NCBI GenBank assembly: GCA_964636895.1 | Contig: CAZWUW010000005.1 | Location: forward strand, 1-59,791 | Direction: 5' to 3' | From: an uncultured Eubacteriales bacterium | Lineage (GTDB): Bacteria; Bacillota; Thermincolia; Thermincolales; CAZWUW01 | DNA: 59,791 nt | Part shown: positions 1 through 9,587 of the stretch, one piece after another | Layout of the letters: every line of letters starts with the position of its first letter | Numbering within the stretch: the stretch's first letter is position 1 | The notes under the pieces: model-generated | What the model was told of the DNA's origin: nothing | The model's database searches: none | What the model saw: only the letters and a program-made list of their open reading frames with translations | Made by a program: the position numbers and the translations under genes

Positions 1-219
1 ACCGTACCAGGTATACTAGCCATCCTGGGCGGTGCTCTGGCCACCTACATGAATGGACAAGGACTGGCTCTGCTAAAAGTTGACCCTGAACTACTGGCCG
101 GACTGGTAGTGGGAGGCATCATCGGCATCATTTTTTTTCACGGCCAACCGGTAGGTCCGTTAATGGCCGCAGGCCTGACCGCATTATTTCTGAAAATCTT
201 CCAGTGGATATGGCGCTAA
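1..219 (+). CDS. DUF441 family membrane protein (3' partial)
   Basis: Frame 1 is open from base 1 to TAA at 217-219 (not in ORF track); hydrophobic, with ...[11 protein letters not shown]... matching the DUF441 C-terminal motif. Confidence 0.8.
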   Translation, partial: TVPGILAILGGALATYMNGQGLALLKVDPELLAGLVVGGIIGIIFFHGQPVGPLMAAGLTALFLKIFQWIWR

Positions 220-638
220 GCCCGGTCGGCGCTATTTTGCATAAAAGTGCGCCAATTACCTGAAGGCACTTCCCTGCCCTGGGCAGTCATTAACGCGTCT
301 AACCCGGCGGCATATAAATAAACATATCCCCGCAAATCACTTCCCCCGGCAACGGCAACATCCCTGAGCACCCGTTCATATTCGTTATTTTGACCAGGTC
401 CGTAATAGTCTTCCAATTCATCCAGTTGTGCCAATACCCTTGTCATTTCTTTAACCGCAACCAGTTCACCGGTTACCCAACCCTCACCGTCCAGAGCTGC
501 AGGATATCCCACCGGCAAATGAAACAGTCTCCCTTTTATTTTAGCCGGCTGCATCGTAACAATATGCTCTGCAAGATAAAGGTCATGGTTTATGAAACCG
601 CTCATGAGAGTACCGTAAACAAAAATTCCGTCACACAT
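216..638 (-). CDS. gamma-glutamylcyclotransferase (AIG2-like) family protein
   Basis: FVYGTLM N-terminal motif, GYPA, LDELE..Y.R. Confidence 0.85.
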   Translation of the reverse strand: MCDGIFVYGTLMSGFINHDLYLAEHIVTMQPAKIKGRLFHLPVGYPAALDGEGWVTGELVAVKEMTRVLAQLDELEDYYGPGQNNEYERVLRDVAVAGGSDLRGYVYLYAAGLDALMTAQGREVPSGNWRTFMQNSADRA

Positions 639-1248
639 ACTGCTGTCCTTCCGTTCCTCTGAGTTTTCGGGAAACCTCCACCCCCAGCACCCAAAGCGCT
701 GCAGTAGTCAGATATAAAGGAGCGGCAGCATCAAACAAAATGTTGGCCTGAGGTGCAAATTCATCGTCTCCTGACCATAAAACAAAAGCCATCAGCAACT
801 TGGGAAATACAGGTATAACTATTCCCCAGTCACCCATTGCCAGCTCATAACCACCCAATTCTTTCGCCCGGCATATAAAATCAGCAGGCAGTGCTCCATA
901 TTTCCGGGCCAGAGGTTCAATGGCTTCCTGCACAAAGGGCTGATGGTGATGAGGGCCGTCAGGTAACTGAATAAATGATAACCAGCTACCCCGTGGTGCA
1001 AGCCCGGGGGCAAAGGTCAGATACTGCAGGATTAATGTTTTATCATTTTTCGAGATTATCTGCTCTACATTGCCTGGACAGGCAATGGCACCGTTGCTGC
1101 AATTTATCTGGTAAATACGGTTGCAGTAATCCAGCATCAGCATATTTTCACCGGCAGCAAATATTGCTCCGGTGTTTTTTGCCATTTCCGCGGGGTCCCT
1201 GGTCAAAAAATCTTTAACCGCCTCAGTATAAGCATTAATACTGCACAT
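631..1248 (-). CDS. DUF3786 domain protein (paralog 1)
   Basis: LILQYL, WLSF..LPDG, VFPK, W.GDDEF...ANILFD pattern. Confidence 0.8.
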   Translation of the reverse strand: MCSINAYTEAVKDFLTRDPAEMAKNTGAIFAAGENMLMLDYCNRIYQINCSNGAIACPGNVEQIISKNDKTLILQYLTFAPGLAPRGSWLSFIQLPDGPHHHQPFVQEAIEPLARKYGALPADFICRAKELGGYELAMGDWGIVIPVFPKLLMAFVLWSGDDEFAPQANILFDAAAPLYLTTAALWVLGVEVSRKLRGTEGQQYV

Positions 1249-1290
1249 ATTGCCTGCCCTCCAAATTAATCAAGCCCTGTTTCCCAGGGC

Positions 1291-1686
1291 TTATAAAAAC
1301 CGTAATAATTTATACTGGTTTTTTATCTGACCGGTCACAAAACTCCTGATTCTTTCCCGTCTGTACTGGGCCAGGTTAAAAAATTGCACCCCGGTAAGAA
1401 ATCCGGCATCTACCCGTTCAGATCGGACAACCCTGGCCAACATCCGTTCCACGCCGGTTTCCGGCAATTCAACGGCCAAACGGACAATCATATCTATCGG
1501 TAATAAGTAGGCGGATAGAAAACTAAGTCCGCCTTCACCGATATCCCGACCCTGCCCTAACCCTCTTTTACCGCTTAAATGAGCGACATTCCGCCGTTTA
1601 TATTTCATAACATAAAATTCCACGGAAAAATCCATTGGAATCCGGTAATGTGTCCGGGGGAACAAGCCTGTTTTTCTATAATTCAA
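1291..1686 (-). CDS. PilZ domain protein (c-di-GMP receptor)
   Basis: RxxxR (RTHYR), DIGEGG, ARVVR, GVQF; TTG start after GAGGTG. Confidence 0.75.
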   Translation of the reverse strand: MNYRKTGLFPRTHYRIPMDFSVEFYVMKYKRRNVAHLSGKRGLGQGRDIGEGGLSFLSAYLLPIDMIVRLAVELPETGVERMLARVVRSERVDAGFLTGVQFFNLAQYRRERIRSFVTGQIKNQYKLLRFL

Positions 1687-1816
1687 CTGACATCACCTCG
1701 TTAAACTAAGCTACTTACAATTTTATATAACTTTATCATTTAAATCCAGTAATTTTTTTTGTAATTTTACGAAAAGATATAAATGATTCGCAAACAATAC
1801 CTTAAGGTGTGAAAAA

Positions 1817-2992
1817 ATGTTTACTCTGATAAAAAACGGCAATGTCTTTAGCCCAAAAAACAGAGGCCGGCTAGATATCCTCATTGCCGCTGATAAGATT
1901 GCACTGATTGCGCCACATATTAATCCACCGGCCAACTTTATCAACATCAAGGTTATTGACGCCGAAGGGCTGACAGTGGTGCCCGGTTTTATCGATCAGC
2001 ACGTCCATATTATTGGCGGCGGCGGTGAGGGGGGGCCGGCCAGCAGAACCCCGGAAATCTTGCTGGGTGCACTTACTTCGGCCGGGATTACCACGGTGGT
2101 TGGATTGTTAGGTGCTGACGGGGTTACCCGCAGTATGCCGGAGTTAGTTACCAAGGCCAGAGCTTTGGAGCATGAGGGGATTACCACGTATATTTATACC
2201 GGCGCTTATCAGATTCCAACCAGGACAATAACCGGTAATGTCCGATCAGACCTGGTACTCATTGACAAAGTTATTGGCAGTGGAGAAATCGCAATTTCCG
2301 ACCATCGGTCTGCCCAACCTACCCTGCAAATGTTAATCAACCTGGCTGCCGAAGCACGTATTGGCGGCATGTTGGGCGGCAAAGCAGGTGTGGTTCATCT
2401 ACATCTTGGCGAAGGAAAGAACGGTCTGGATATGGTTTTTCAGGCCCTGAAACACAGTGACCTGCCGGTCAGCCAATTTGTACCCACTCATGTAAACAGG
2501 CTTAGTGAATTAATGCGGCAAGGTCAGAAATTCATTAAAATGGGCGGCATTATTGACCTAACTGCCGGGATTGAGCCGGGTGAAACCTCCCCGGATGCTT
2601 TAAATATTTCGGACAGTCTTATCCAGTTAAAAAAAGCCGGTTTGTCCCTAACTCAAGTTACCGTAAGTTCCGACGGCAACGGGAGTTTACCGCAGTTTGA
2701 TACCCGGGGAGAGCTTACCGGTATGTCTGTAGGTTCTGTAGGGGTGCTCTGGGCAGACGTAAAAAAGGCTATCAACATCGGTGCCGTTACATTTGAGGAA
2801 GGGCTCCGGTTAATAACCTCTAATGTGGCCAAAATCTTAAAAATATTCCCCCAAAAAGGAATTCTGGCTGCCGGCAGCGATGCCGACTTGGTTTTGTTAG
2901 ACAAACGGCTAACCATTACTAAGGTAGTAGCCCGCGGCAGATTAATGGTGGATAACGGAATGCCGGTGGTCAAGGGAACCTTTGAGACATAA
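1817..2992 (+). CDS. iadA: beta-aspartyl peptidase (isoaspartyl dipeptidase)
   Basis: PGFIDQHVHIIGGGGEGG, GEIAISDHRS, SSDGNGSLP motifs. Confidence 0.95.
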   Translation: MFTLIKNGNVFSPKNRGRLDILIAADKIALIAPHINPPANFINIKVIDAEGLTVVPGFIDQHVHIIGGGGEGGPASRTPEILLGALTSAGITTVVGLLGADGVTRSMPELVTKARALEHEGITTYIYTGAYQIPTRTITGNVRSDLVLIDKVIGSGEIAISDHRSAQPTLQMLINLAAEARIGGMLGGKAGVVHLHLGEGKNGLDMVFQALKHSDLPVSQFVPTHVNRLSELMRQGQKFIKMGGIIDLTAGIEPGETSPDALNISDSLIQLKKAGLSLTQVTVSSDGNGSLPQFDTRGELTGMSVGSVGVLWADVKKAINIGAVTFEEGLRLITSNVAKILKIFPQKGILAAGSDADLVLLDKRLTITKVVARGRLMVDNGMPVVKGTFET

Positions 2993-3490
2993 CTATTGCC
3001 CCATTCCTCCGCCACCGTCACCCTGCTGGTTGCCACCACCGCCCTGCTGGGTACCTTGCATCATTTTCATCATCGTCTGCTGAACCATGTTTCGCAGATT
3101 TTGTTGCACATCAGGTGTGGCCATGGCTTTATTGATTTGCTCCTGAATAACTTTCTGGCTTTCCGGCGATTTCAGGGCGTTTTTTAACTGCTCTTGAATT
3201 GCTTTACTAACCTTGGGGGCCTCAATGTTTTCCATCATTTTATTTTCCATCAGCTTATCTGCTTCCGGCGCTTTGAGCAAATCCTCCAGTTTTTGGCTAG
3301 CTACCGCTTCTTCAATGACCTTTTTCGTCTCTTCAGTTTTCATTTCTTCTTTTACCATGGTCTTAACATCATCTTTACTCACTTCCGGTTTTTTTTGCGG
3401 ACCGCCCATAGACAGGGAACAGCCGGTAACCATGGGCACAAAAGCTAAAATCATGGTAACAAGAATAATATTTCTGCCAACGCAACGCAT
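2993..3490 (-). CDS. spore germination lipoprotein, GerD-like
   Basis: Lipobox VTGC, helical K/E/Q/M-rich repeats, Gly/Gln tail; upstream GTATA-N18-CAATCTA resembles a forespore promoter. Confidence 0.6.
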   Translation of the reverse strand: MRCVGRNIILVTMILAFVPMVTGCSLSMGGPQKKPEVSKDDVKTMVKEEMKTEETKKVIEEAVASQKLEDLLKAPEADKLMENKMMENIEAPKVSKAIQEQLKNALKSPESQKVIQEQINKAMATPDVQQNLRNMVQQTMMKMMQGTQQGGGGNQQGDGGGGMGQ

Positions 3491-3563
3491 AAAGTCCTCC
3501 TCAGGCGTTTTTTCTTAGATTGCTTATCTGATGGGACTTTTATACACTTAATGAAAATATGTC

Positions 3564-4970
3564 TTATAACGGAATGGAAAAAGTAAACTTCGACCCCATA
3601 TTGGGTATACTCACAGCTTCTACTTTACCGCCGTGTTGCTCCACTATCCGCCTGGCAATAGCCAATCCAAGTCCGGTGCCTTCCGTTTCCCTGGTTCGGG
3701 CCTTGTCCACTTTATAAAAACGATCCCAGATATATGGCAATTCTTCCGCCGGAATTCCCTGACCCTGGTCTTCTACGGAAATTTTTACACCATCCGCTTC
3801 ATTAGTTACGGTAATAATGATTTTCCCATTGTTCGCCGAAAACCTGATGGCATTGTCCAACAAGTTGTTCATGACCTGCTGAATCCGGTCAGCATCACCT
3901 TTAACTTCCGGGATTTGCGACGTTATTTTTTGGATCACTTGCAAATTGCGTTCCATTAATGCCGGCCGGTGCTTTTTTAGCACAATTTCAATAATGTTCG
4001 CCAAGTCCAACCCTTCCGTTTTCAGCCTGACTATACCTGCCTCTATCCTTGACAGGTCAAGCAACTCATTGACCAGTCTGATTAACCGCATGGTTTCATC
4101 GTGCACAATATCAAGATACCTTTTCCTGGCTACCGGTGTCTTATCCTTCCCGTCCAGCATAGCCTCAATAAACCCCTGCATAGAAGTGAGCGGACTTCTA
4201 AGTTCATGAGAGACATTAGCCACAAACTCCCGGCGCATATTTTCATGGTGCTCAATCTGGGTTGCCATAAAGTTAAACGACCGTCCCAATTCTCCAATCT
4301 CATCATTAGACCGGGCCTTGACCCGCACATCAAACTTGCCTTCCGCTACCCGGTGCGCAACACGGTTCATCTCCTGTAATGGCTGAGATACTGATTTAGA
4401 AAAGAAATAAGCAACCAGGGTGGCGAATAGAATGGACACCACGGCAGAATAAATAAAAAGATTTTGCACCTTAGTCATAGTTAGGTCTATGCCGATTACC
4501 GGCGAATATAGAATTACTCCGCCAATTACCTGGCCCCTGTTTTTCACCGGCAATACCACCGATAATACCGTCTCGTTGTAAAAATGTGATACCCCTTCCC
4601 GGACACTGATTTGACCCCGCTGCAGGTTTTCGATATCTTTTTGTTCCAAAGTATCACCTTCATGTCGCAGATGATCTGCAGATGCAGTGATAACCGACCC
4701 TGTCCGGTCAATAACCCAAACCTCCGCCCCCATGTTCCGGTCGGCACTGTTAAGTAAATTTACCAGCATGGCCGGGTCGCGTTTTTCTAACAATAACGGT
4801 TTGATTAATTCCACAATATTATTACCTTTAACAATAAGTTCCGTCTGTTTATTGTAGATAAAATAGTTATTCAGCAAAAATGGCAGTAACAGGCCTAGTA
4901 CTGTGAGCACAGCCGCAATAACAAAAATATAAGTTAGCATCAATTTGCTAAATAGCCTGCTTTTAATCAT
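3564..4970 (-). CDS. HAMP-domain sensor histidine kinase (ResE/WalK-like)
   Basis: 2 TM segments, HAMP, SHELRSPL H-box, NLLDNA, DQGQGI, GTGLGL. Confidence 0.95.
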   Translation of the reverse strand: MIKSRLFSKLMLTYIFVIAAVLTVLGLLLPFLLNNYFIYNKQTELIVKGNNIVELIKPLLLEKRDPAMLVNLLNSADRNMGAEVWVIDRTGSVITASADHLRHEGDTLEQKDIENLQRGQISVREGVSHFYNETVLSVVLPVKNRGQVIGGVILYSPVIGIDLTMTKVQNLFIYSAVVSILFATLVAYFFSKSVSQPLQEMNRVAHRVAEGKFDVRVKARSNDEIGELGRSFNFMATQIEHHENMRREFVANVSHELRSPLTSMQGFIEAMLDGKDKTPVARKRYLDIVHDETMRLIRLVNELLDLSRIEAGIVRLKTEGLDLANIIEIVLKKHRPALMERNLQVIQKITSQIPEVKGDADRIQQVMNNLLDNAIRFSANNGKIIITVTNEADGVKISVEDQGQGIPAEELPYIWDRFYKVDKARTRETEGTGLGLAIARRIVEQHGGKVEAVSIPNMGSKFTFSIPL

Positions 4971-5659
4971 GTTTCCTGCACCTCAAATTTATAACCTAAT
5001 CCCCATACTGTATGGATATATGAGCCGGCATCCTCAACACTCTCCAGTTTCTTACGCAGTCTTTTAATATGCGAATCCACAGCGCGGGCATCCCCCTCAA
5101 AATCCCAGCCCCAGACTTGATCCAGAATCTGTTCCCTGGTGAATACTCGAGAAGGATTTTTGGCCATATGCCAGAGAATCTCAAATTCTTTGGGAGTTAA
5201 CTCAACAGTTTTACCGTTAACTTCCGCCTGGTGAGTATTGGCATTCAAATATAATCCGGTAAAATGTAACGTATTATCGTTTTCTTCCGCCGGCTGCCGC
5301 ATCCGGCGCAGCACGGCCTTTACCCGGGCCGCCAGTTCCCGCGGGCTGAATGGTTTGGTGATATAATCGTCTGCCCCCAGCTCCAAACCCAGAATTTTGT
5401 CTGTCTCCTCACCTTTTGCCGTAAGCATGATAATAGGCAAATTAAACTCTTCCCGGGTTTTTCGGCAAACATCCCAGCCGTTAACTTTAGGCAACATAAT
5501 ATCAAGTATCATAAGATGCGGTGGATTCTGTCTGATTTTTTGCATTCCTATTTCACCATCATAGGCAATGTCCACATCAAATTCATCTTCCAAATATAGT
5601 TTCACCAGTTCACATATATGCCGGTCATCATCCACGACGAGAATTTTATTTTTGGCCAT
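4967..5659 (-). CDS. OmpR/PhoB-family response regulator
   Basis: VVDDD, LDIMLP, KPFSPREL, winged helix TVWGLGYKF; start moved to ATG 5659 downstream of GGAGG. Confidence 0.95.
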   Translation of the reverse strand: MAKNKILVVDDDRHICELVKLYLEDEFDVDIAYDGEIGMQKIRQNPPHLMILDIMLPKVNGWDVCRKTREEFNLPIIMLTAKGEETDKILGLELGADDYITKPFSPRELAARVKAVLRRMRQPAEENDNTLHFTGLYLNANTHQAEVNGKTVELTPKEFEILWHMAKNPSRVFTREQILDQVWGWDFEGDARAVDSHIKRLRKKLESVEDAGSYIHTVWGLGYKFEVQET

Positions 5660-5945
5660 TTTCTCCACTGACCTCCACCACCATAGTCCCACTGTCTGTT
5701 TTGGTAAATCTGTAAAAACCGCTGGTAGCCACTGCTGCAACAGCCAATTCCTTTTTGACGTTTTCTAGGTTCCGGCAAAATAATTTTAATGCCAGACCAC
5801 AGCTGGCCGAAATCTCCCGGGGGGTAGGAATAACAACCAGTTCCACCTCTACTCCCACTAGGTGCTTCTCACCCAGTAGGGCACACTGAGTAGACGGAAA
5901 AGTTACTACACAATACTCTTTTGTCGTCAATAAATCACAAGACAT
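5646..5945 (-). CDS. DUF3343 family protein (putative Se/S carrier-like)
   Basis: TFPST..AL..EK and IPTPREISASCGLAL motifs. Confidence 0.8.
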   Translation of the reverse strand: MSCDLLTTKEYCVVTFPSTQCALLGEKHLVGVEVELVVIPTPREISASCGLALKLFCRNLENVKKELAVAAVATSGFYRFTKTDSGTMVVEVSGENGQK

Positions 5946-5956
5946 ATGCTACTCCT

Positions 5957-6370
5957 TTATTTAATCACGGCATTTTTGATAATTGAAAAAGTCTCAATAG
6001 AAATATGACTAGTCATTAATTTAAAAAAATGCTCCCAGGGATACCCGTGTTTATCCAAAATAGTCAAGTTCAAAATATATCTATTCCAAAAAGGAATCCA
6101 AAACAAAATATAATACGGTGACCCGGCTGCGCCTGACACCCACCGATTCCTTCCCGGTCTTAAAGTTTCCAACTTTACCTTAATAATTTTTTGTAATGGA
6201 ATCTGAAAACCGGCATCCTGATTGCCAAAAGGGGTATAGGAAAAAATTTTTTTATCAATTATAATATTGCCCTTATTACGGGGAAACCAAAAAAACATTT
6301 TTTTATTGGAAACAACATTACCGTAATAATCAGCCCTGACAATATATTTCTCTGCCAGTACATCAGTCAT
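5957..6370 (-). CDS. hypothetical protein (PH-like beta-rich, ~137 aa)
   Basis: Real start probably ATG 6370 after GGAGTGA; the upstream part of the 275-aa track ORF is antisense to the DGC. Confidence 0.5.
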   Translation of the reverse strand: MTDVLAEKYIVRADYYGNVVSNKKMFFWFPRNKGNIIIDKKIFSYTPFGNQDAGFQIPLQKIIKVKLETLRPGRNRWVSGAAGSPYYILFWIPFWNRYILNLTILDKHGYPWEHFFKLMTSHISIETFSIIKNAVIK

Positions 6371-6464
6371 GGACTTCACTCCAACTTTATATATATTTTT
6401 GAAGGTTTTTGGCGTTTTTTGGCGAATAAAAAAATAAACTGTGGTGCCCAACTGGAGGTATTCT

Positions 6465-7607
6465 ATGTCCAAAACAGCAAAAAAGCCAAAAATCTCCGCT
6501 ATCATCACCGATAAATCCAAAACCATTATAAACAGCCGGCTGGCAGCTTTGCAAAATAACCAGGAACTGTTGTCCCGGCTGGAACAGACCGTTTTTGAAG
6601 GTAAGCTGTTCCGAGAAATCAATACAGCTATTACATCCACATTTGAACTACAAGAAATTCTATCTCTAATTTTACAGGTGTTAACGACCCTTGTAAACAC
6701 CCAGGGTGTTTCTATTGTATTGGTTGAAGAGTCCGACGGTACCTTGCGGATTGCCGAACACCACGGATTATCGGATAAAGACATCGAGAATTTTTATATT
6801 TATTACGCCAGACTGCAAGACAGCATATTTCAAGATATTATGCAAAAAAGGAGTCCCCTTTTTTTTGACGGCTCAGAAGACTTGTCTATACCGCTGATTC
6901 TATCAGTACCGCTGGTTTCCCGACAGAAAGTCATCGGCTTTCTGAATATCCACTCTATGTACAAAGAAATGCAGTTAATTCCTGATAAAATCGAACTGGT
7001 ATATGCCCTGGCCAGCCAAGCTTCTATCGCTATCAGTAATGCCCAACTGTTTCGGGCGCTGCGGGAACAGGCTATAATAGACCCATGTACCAACCTGTAT
7101 AATTTTCGGTACTTTCAGCAAAAACTTGATGAAGAAATTAATATCTATAATTCCACAAAGGAGCCGTTATCTTTGATTATTCTGGATATAGACTACTTTA
7201 AAAAAGTCAATGATACCCACGGACATGTCTACGGCGACACAGTATTAAGAGAACTTGGCAACATCCTGAAAAGAAACGTACGGTCCGAAGATTCTGTTTG
7301 CAGATACGGCGGTGAGGAATTTGCTGTTATTTTTCCACACTGCTCTCAGGAAGTCACCTTGCGCATCGCCGAGCGTATCCGGACCCGAATTCAGGAGACT
7401 TCAACCAACGACCGCCGGGGCATTTTAAAAGACCCTATTACAGTCAGCATCGGGGTAGCCGGCTATACGCCTGAACTCAGTAAAACATCATTTATTCAGC
7501 GCGCCGACAACGCCTTGTATTATGCCAAAAAACACGGTCGCAACATGGTGGCCGAATACGATTCCGGACTGGAAGGTGAATATGCAAAATATCAGAAAAA
7601 GAAGTGA
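6465..7607 (+). CDS. GAF-GGDEF diguanylate cyclase
   Basis: GAF region, DIDYFKKVND, RSED I-site, RYGGEEF, ADNALY.AK..GRN; ATG 6465 after GGAGG. Confidence 0.95.
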   Translation: MSKTAKKPKISAIITDKSKTIINSRLAALQNNQELLSRLEQTVFEGKLFREINTAITSTFELQEILSLILQVLTTLVNTQGVSIVLVEESDGTLRIAEHHGLSDKDIENFYIYYARLQDSIFQDIMQKRSPLFFDGSEDLSIPLILSVPLVSRQKVIGFLNIHSMYKEMQLIPDKIELVYALASQASIAISNAQLFRALREQAIIDPCTNLYNFRYFQQKLDEEINIYNSTKEPLSLIILDIDYFKKVNDTHGHVYGDTVLRELGNILKRNVRSEDSVCRYGGEEFAVIFPHCSQEVTLRIAERIRTRIQETSTNDRRGILKDPITVSIGVAGYTPELSKTSFIQRADNALYYAKKHGRNMVAEYDSGLEGEYAKYQKKK

Positions 7608-7613
7608 TTTTTT

Positions 7614-7640
7614 GCAGGATTACCTAATTTTTAGTCGAAA
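7614..7640 (+). promoter_or_regulatory. sigma-H-like promoter of minC
   Basis: GCAGGA-N17-GAAA. Confidence 0.45.
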
Positions 7641-7676
7641 ATAATCAGTATCAAGTGTTGCGATAGGAGGGCTGAC

Positions 7677-8387
7677 ATGGCTAATGAGGTCATTAATATA
7701 AAGGGCACCAGAAAAGGCTTGGTGATTTGTGTTGATTCCACCCGCGATTTTGAGGAATTAAAATCTGTACTGCGGTCAAAAATTGAATCAGCCAGCGGTT
7801 TTTTTAAAGGAGCAAAATTCACCTTCCGCCTGGATAAAAACCCACTTTCTCTTGAAGAAGCCAAAGAACTGCAAGATATTTGTTGCCAGCACGGTCTGGT
7901 ACCGGATGAACATATTGACTGGCAGCCCTGTGCCTCCCCGGCACCTTTAATGCGCATGCCACAACAACTTCAACAGGCTGTTAAACCTGTTGTTACCAGA
8001 GCAACCGCCGCTAAATCGCTACCCACCATTGGGGTAAGCGAAAAAGAATTAACCGAGCCGGGTATGCTTTTCCAACAGGGTTTACGATCCGGACAAAAAA
8101 TTCATTACCGGGGCAACGTAATCGTTCTGGGTGATGCTAACCCTGGTTCGGAAATTACGGCTACCGGCGATATTGTGGTTATGGGTACTCTAAGAGGTAT
8201 TGCCCATGCTGGTGCCGCCGGCAATGAGGCGGCGCGGATTATGGCTTACCGGCTGCAGCCCACGCAACTTCGGATTGCCGGGAGAATATGCCGCCCGCCG
8301 GACAAAGACAGTGGCGGCCGGGAACCGGAAATAGCTCGGCTGGTTGCCGGACAGATGATGATTGAAGATTATACCGGCAAGTCATAA
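7677..8387 (+). CDS. minC: septum site-determining protein MinC
   Basis: IKGTRKGL, LRSGQ, GDANPGSEI.A.GDIVV.GTLRG.AHAG. Confidence 0.95.
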   Translation: MANEVINIKGTRKGLVICVDSTRDFEELKSVLRSKIESASGFFKGAKFTFRLDKNPLSLEEAKELQDICCQHGLVPDEHIDWQPCASPAPLMRMPQQLQQAVKPVVTRATAAKSLPTIGVSEKELTEPGMLFQQGLRSGQKIHYRGNVIVLGDANPGSEITATGDIVVMGTLRGIAHAGAAGNEAARIMAYRLQPTQLRIAGRICRPPDKDSGGREPEIARLVAGQMMIEDYTGKS

Positions 8388-8419
8388 AAAGAGACGGGAT
8401 GAAATTCCCGTCTCTTTTT
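8386..8419. terminator. bidirectional intrinsic terminator
   Basis: AAAAAGAGACGGGA-loop-TCCCGTCTCTTTTT between convergent genes. Confidence 0.85.
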
Positions 8420-8597
8420 AGCCGTCTAAATTAATCGCATTAGCAGGGCATTCTTCCGTACAAGCCCCGCAGTCTAGACAGTCATCCTTTCTGACAACAT
8501 TGGCTTTGCCGTCTTCCATCTCAAATACATCAGCCGGACAAACGTCTACACATGTTTCGCAGCCATCACATACATCAGGATTAATCTTCGGCCCCAC
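8418..8597 (-). CDS. 2[4Fe-4S] ferredoxin
   Basis: CDGCETCVDVCP and CLDCGACTEECP; GTG start after AAGGAGG. Confidence 0.9.
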   Translation of the reverse strand: MGPKINPDVCDGCETCVDVCPADVFEMEDGKANVVRKDDCLDCGACTEECPANAINLDG

Positions 8598-8765
8598 TTG
8601 ACATTCCTCCTTTTCCATTACCGTTTCTTTTAGCGCCCATTGCTTTGAGATAATTATACCGTTTAAAGCTGTCATTTCCCAAAGCAAGATTCTTGAACAG
8701 TCAAAAAAAGAGGTCTAACAGTCGCTCCCTGAATTAAAGATATTCCTGTAATATACAAAAAATGC

Positions 8766-8794
8766 AAAAAAAAGTTCCCCTGGCGGGGAACCTT
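8766..8794 (-). terminator. intrinsic terminator after small ORF
   Basis: GTTCCCC/GGGGAAC stem followed by a T-run on the minus strand. Confidence 0.7.
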
Positions 8795-8926
8795 TCACTT
8801 TTTCAATACGAGTACAAAAACTTCATCGCTGTTGTGATTATTGTTAAAATCCTTTTCAAAATTCATCAGCTTATCCACTTCCTGACTGGATAAATCAGCG
8901 ATGTTCATTTCGTTTAACTTATTCAT
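8795..8926 (-). CDS. small hypothetical protein, 43 aa (MNKLNEMNIADLSSQEVDKLMNFEKDFNNNHNSDEVFVLVLKK)
   Basis: G-rich RBS, own terminator, upstream GTATA-N15-GGGAAATATT sigma-F/G-like promoter; below ORF-track cutoff. Confidence 0.65.
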   Translation of the reverse strand: MNKLNEMNIADLSSQEVDKLMNFEKDFNNNHNSDEVFVLVLKK

Positions 8927-9072
8927 TCAATCTTCCCCCCTTTATAATTCTTAATTACTCTAAAGTAATATTTCCCCATGGCCTTAAAAAATATACCATG
9001 TTTTTCATTACATTAAATACATTCTGAAAACCAACACTAAGAATGGGTGCTCAACCGAAAAGGAGGAATGTC

Positions 9073-9267
9073 ATGACCAGGCGACGCGGCATTATGTCCG
9101 ATGACCTCAAGATGGAGTTTGCCAGGGAACTTGGTGTGTATGATATCGTTCAACAGGAAGGTTTCGGCGGTGTAACTTCCAGGGACTGCGGTAACATGGT
9201 GCGTTTGGCAATCGAAAAAGCCGAGCGCACGCTGGCAGACACCAGGCAAAATCCCCCGGTAACCTGA
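9073..9267 (+). CDS. small acid-soluble spore protein, SspF-like
   Basis: RRRGIMS..LK.E.ARELG, SRDCGNMVR.AIE.AE; ATG after AGGAGG. Confidence 0.85.
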   Translation: MTRRRGIMSDDLKMEFARELGVYDIVQQEGFGGVTSRDCGNMVRLAIEKAERTLADTRQNPPVT

Positions 9268-9322
9268 CGCACCCGCCAGGAGGAGTAATCCTCCTGGGTA
9301 ACATTATAAGTGAGGTGGTAAT

Positions 9323-9517
9323 TTGATTAACGAGGATATGGTGATTATGGACGTTTTGAGAAAATTCCCTGCCGCTCAGCAGGTTTTTAGCAAATACGGC
9401 CTGCGCTGTATGGGCTGACACGGTGTCGCCTATGAAACCGTCGGGCAGGCTGCCCGCGTTCACGGCATCCCTCTGGAGCAATTGCTGGGCGATCTGAAGA
9501 AACTTGGTGAAGAATAG
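9323..9517 (+). CDS. DUF1858 family protein with in-frame TGA (CxxU; candidate selenoprotein)
   Basis: TTG after GAGGTGG; MINEDMVIMDVLRKFP...GLRCMG[TGA 9416-9418]HGVAYETVGQAARVHGIPLEQLL..; family motif continues past TGA. Confidence 0.8.
9419..9470 (+). other. putative bacterial SECIS hairpin
   Basis: GGTGTCG/CGGCATC, TGAA/TTCA and CGGGCA/TGCCCG stems with a G-starting apical loop ~29 nt after TGA. Confidence 0.6.
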
Positions 9518-9520
9518 GAC

Positions 9521-9550
9521 GAATAGGATAAGCCTGCGCTTATCCTATTC
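9521..9550. terminator. intrinsic terminator between DUF1858 and methyltransferase
   Basis: GAATAGGATAAGC-loop-GCTTATCCTATTC. Confidence 0.75.
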
Positions 9551-9587
9551 TCTTCCATTCTCCTCAATTGTCCTCAATTTATTTTTC

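Noticed and set aside
6371-6784. N-terminal half of the 275-aa ORF
   Set aside because: Antisense to the diguanylate cyclase; a better RBS and start exist at 6370
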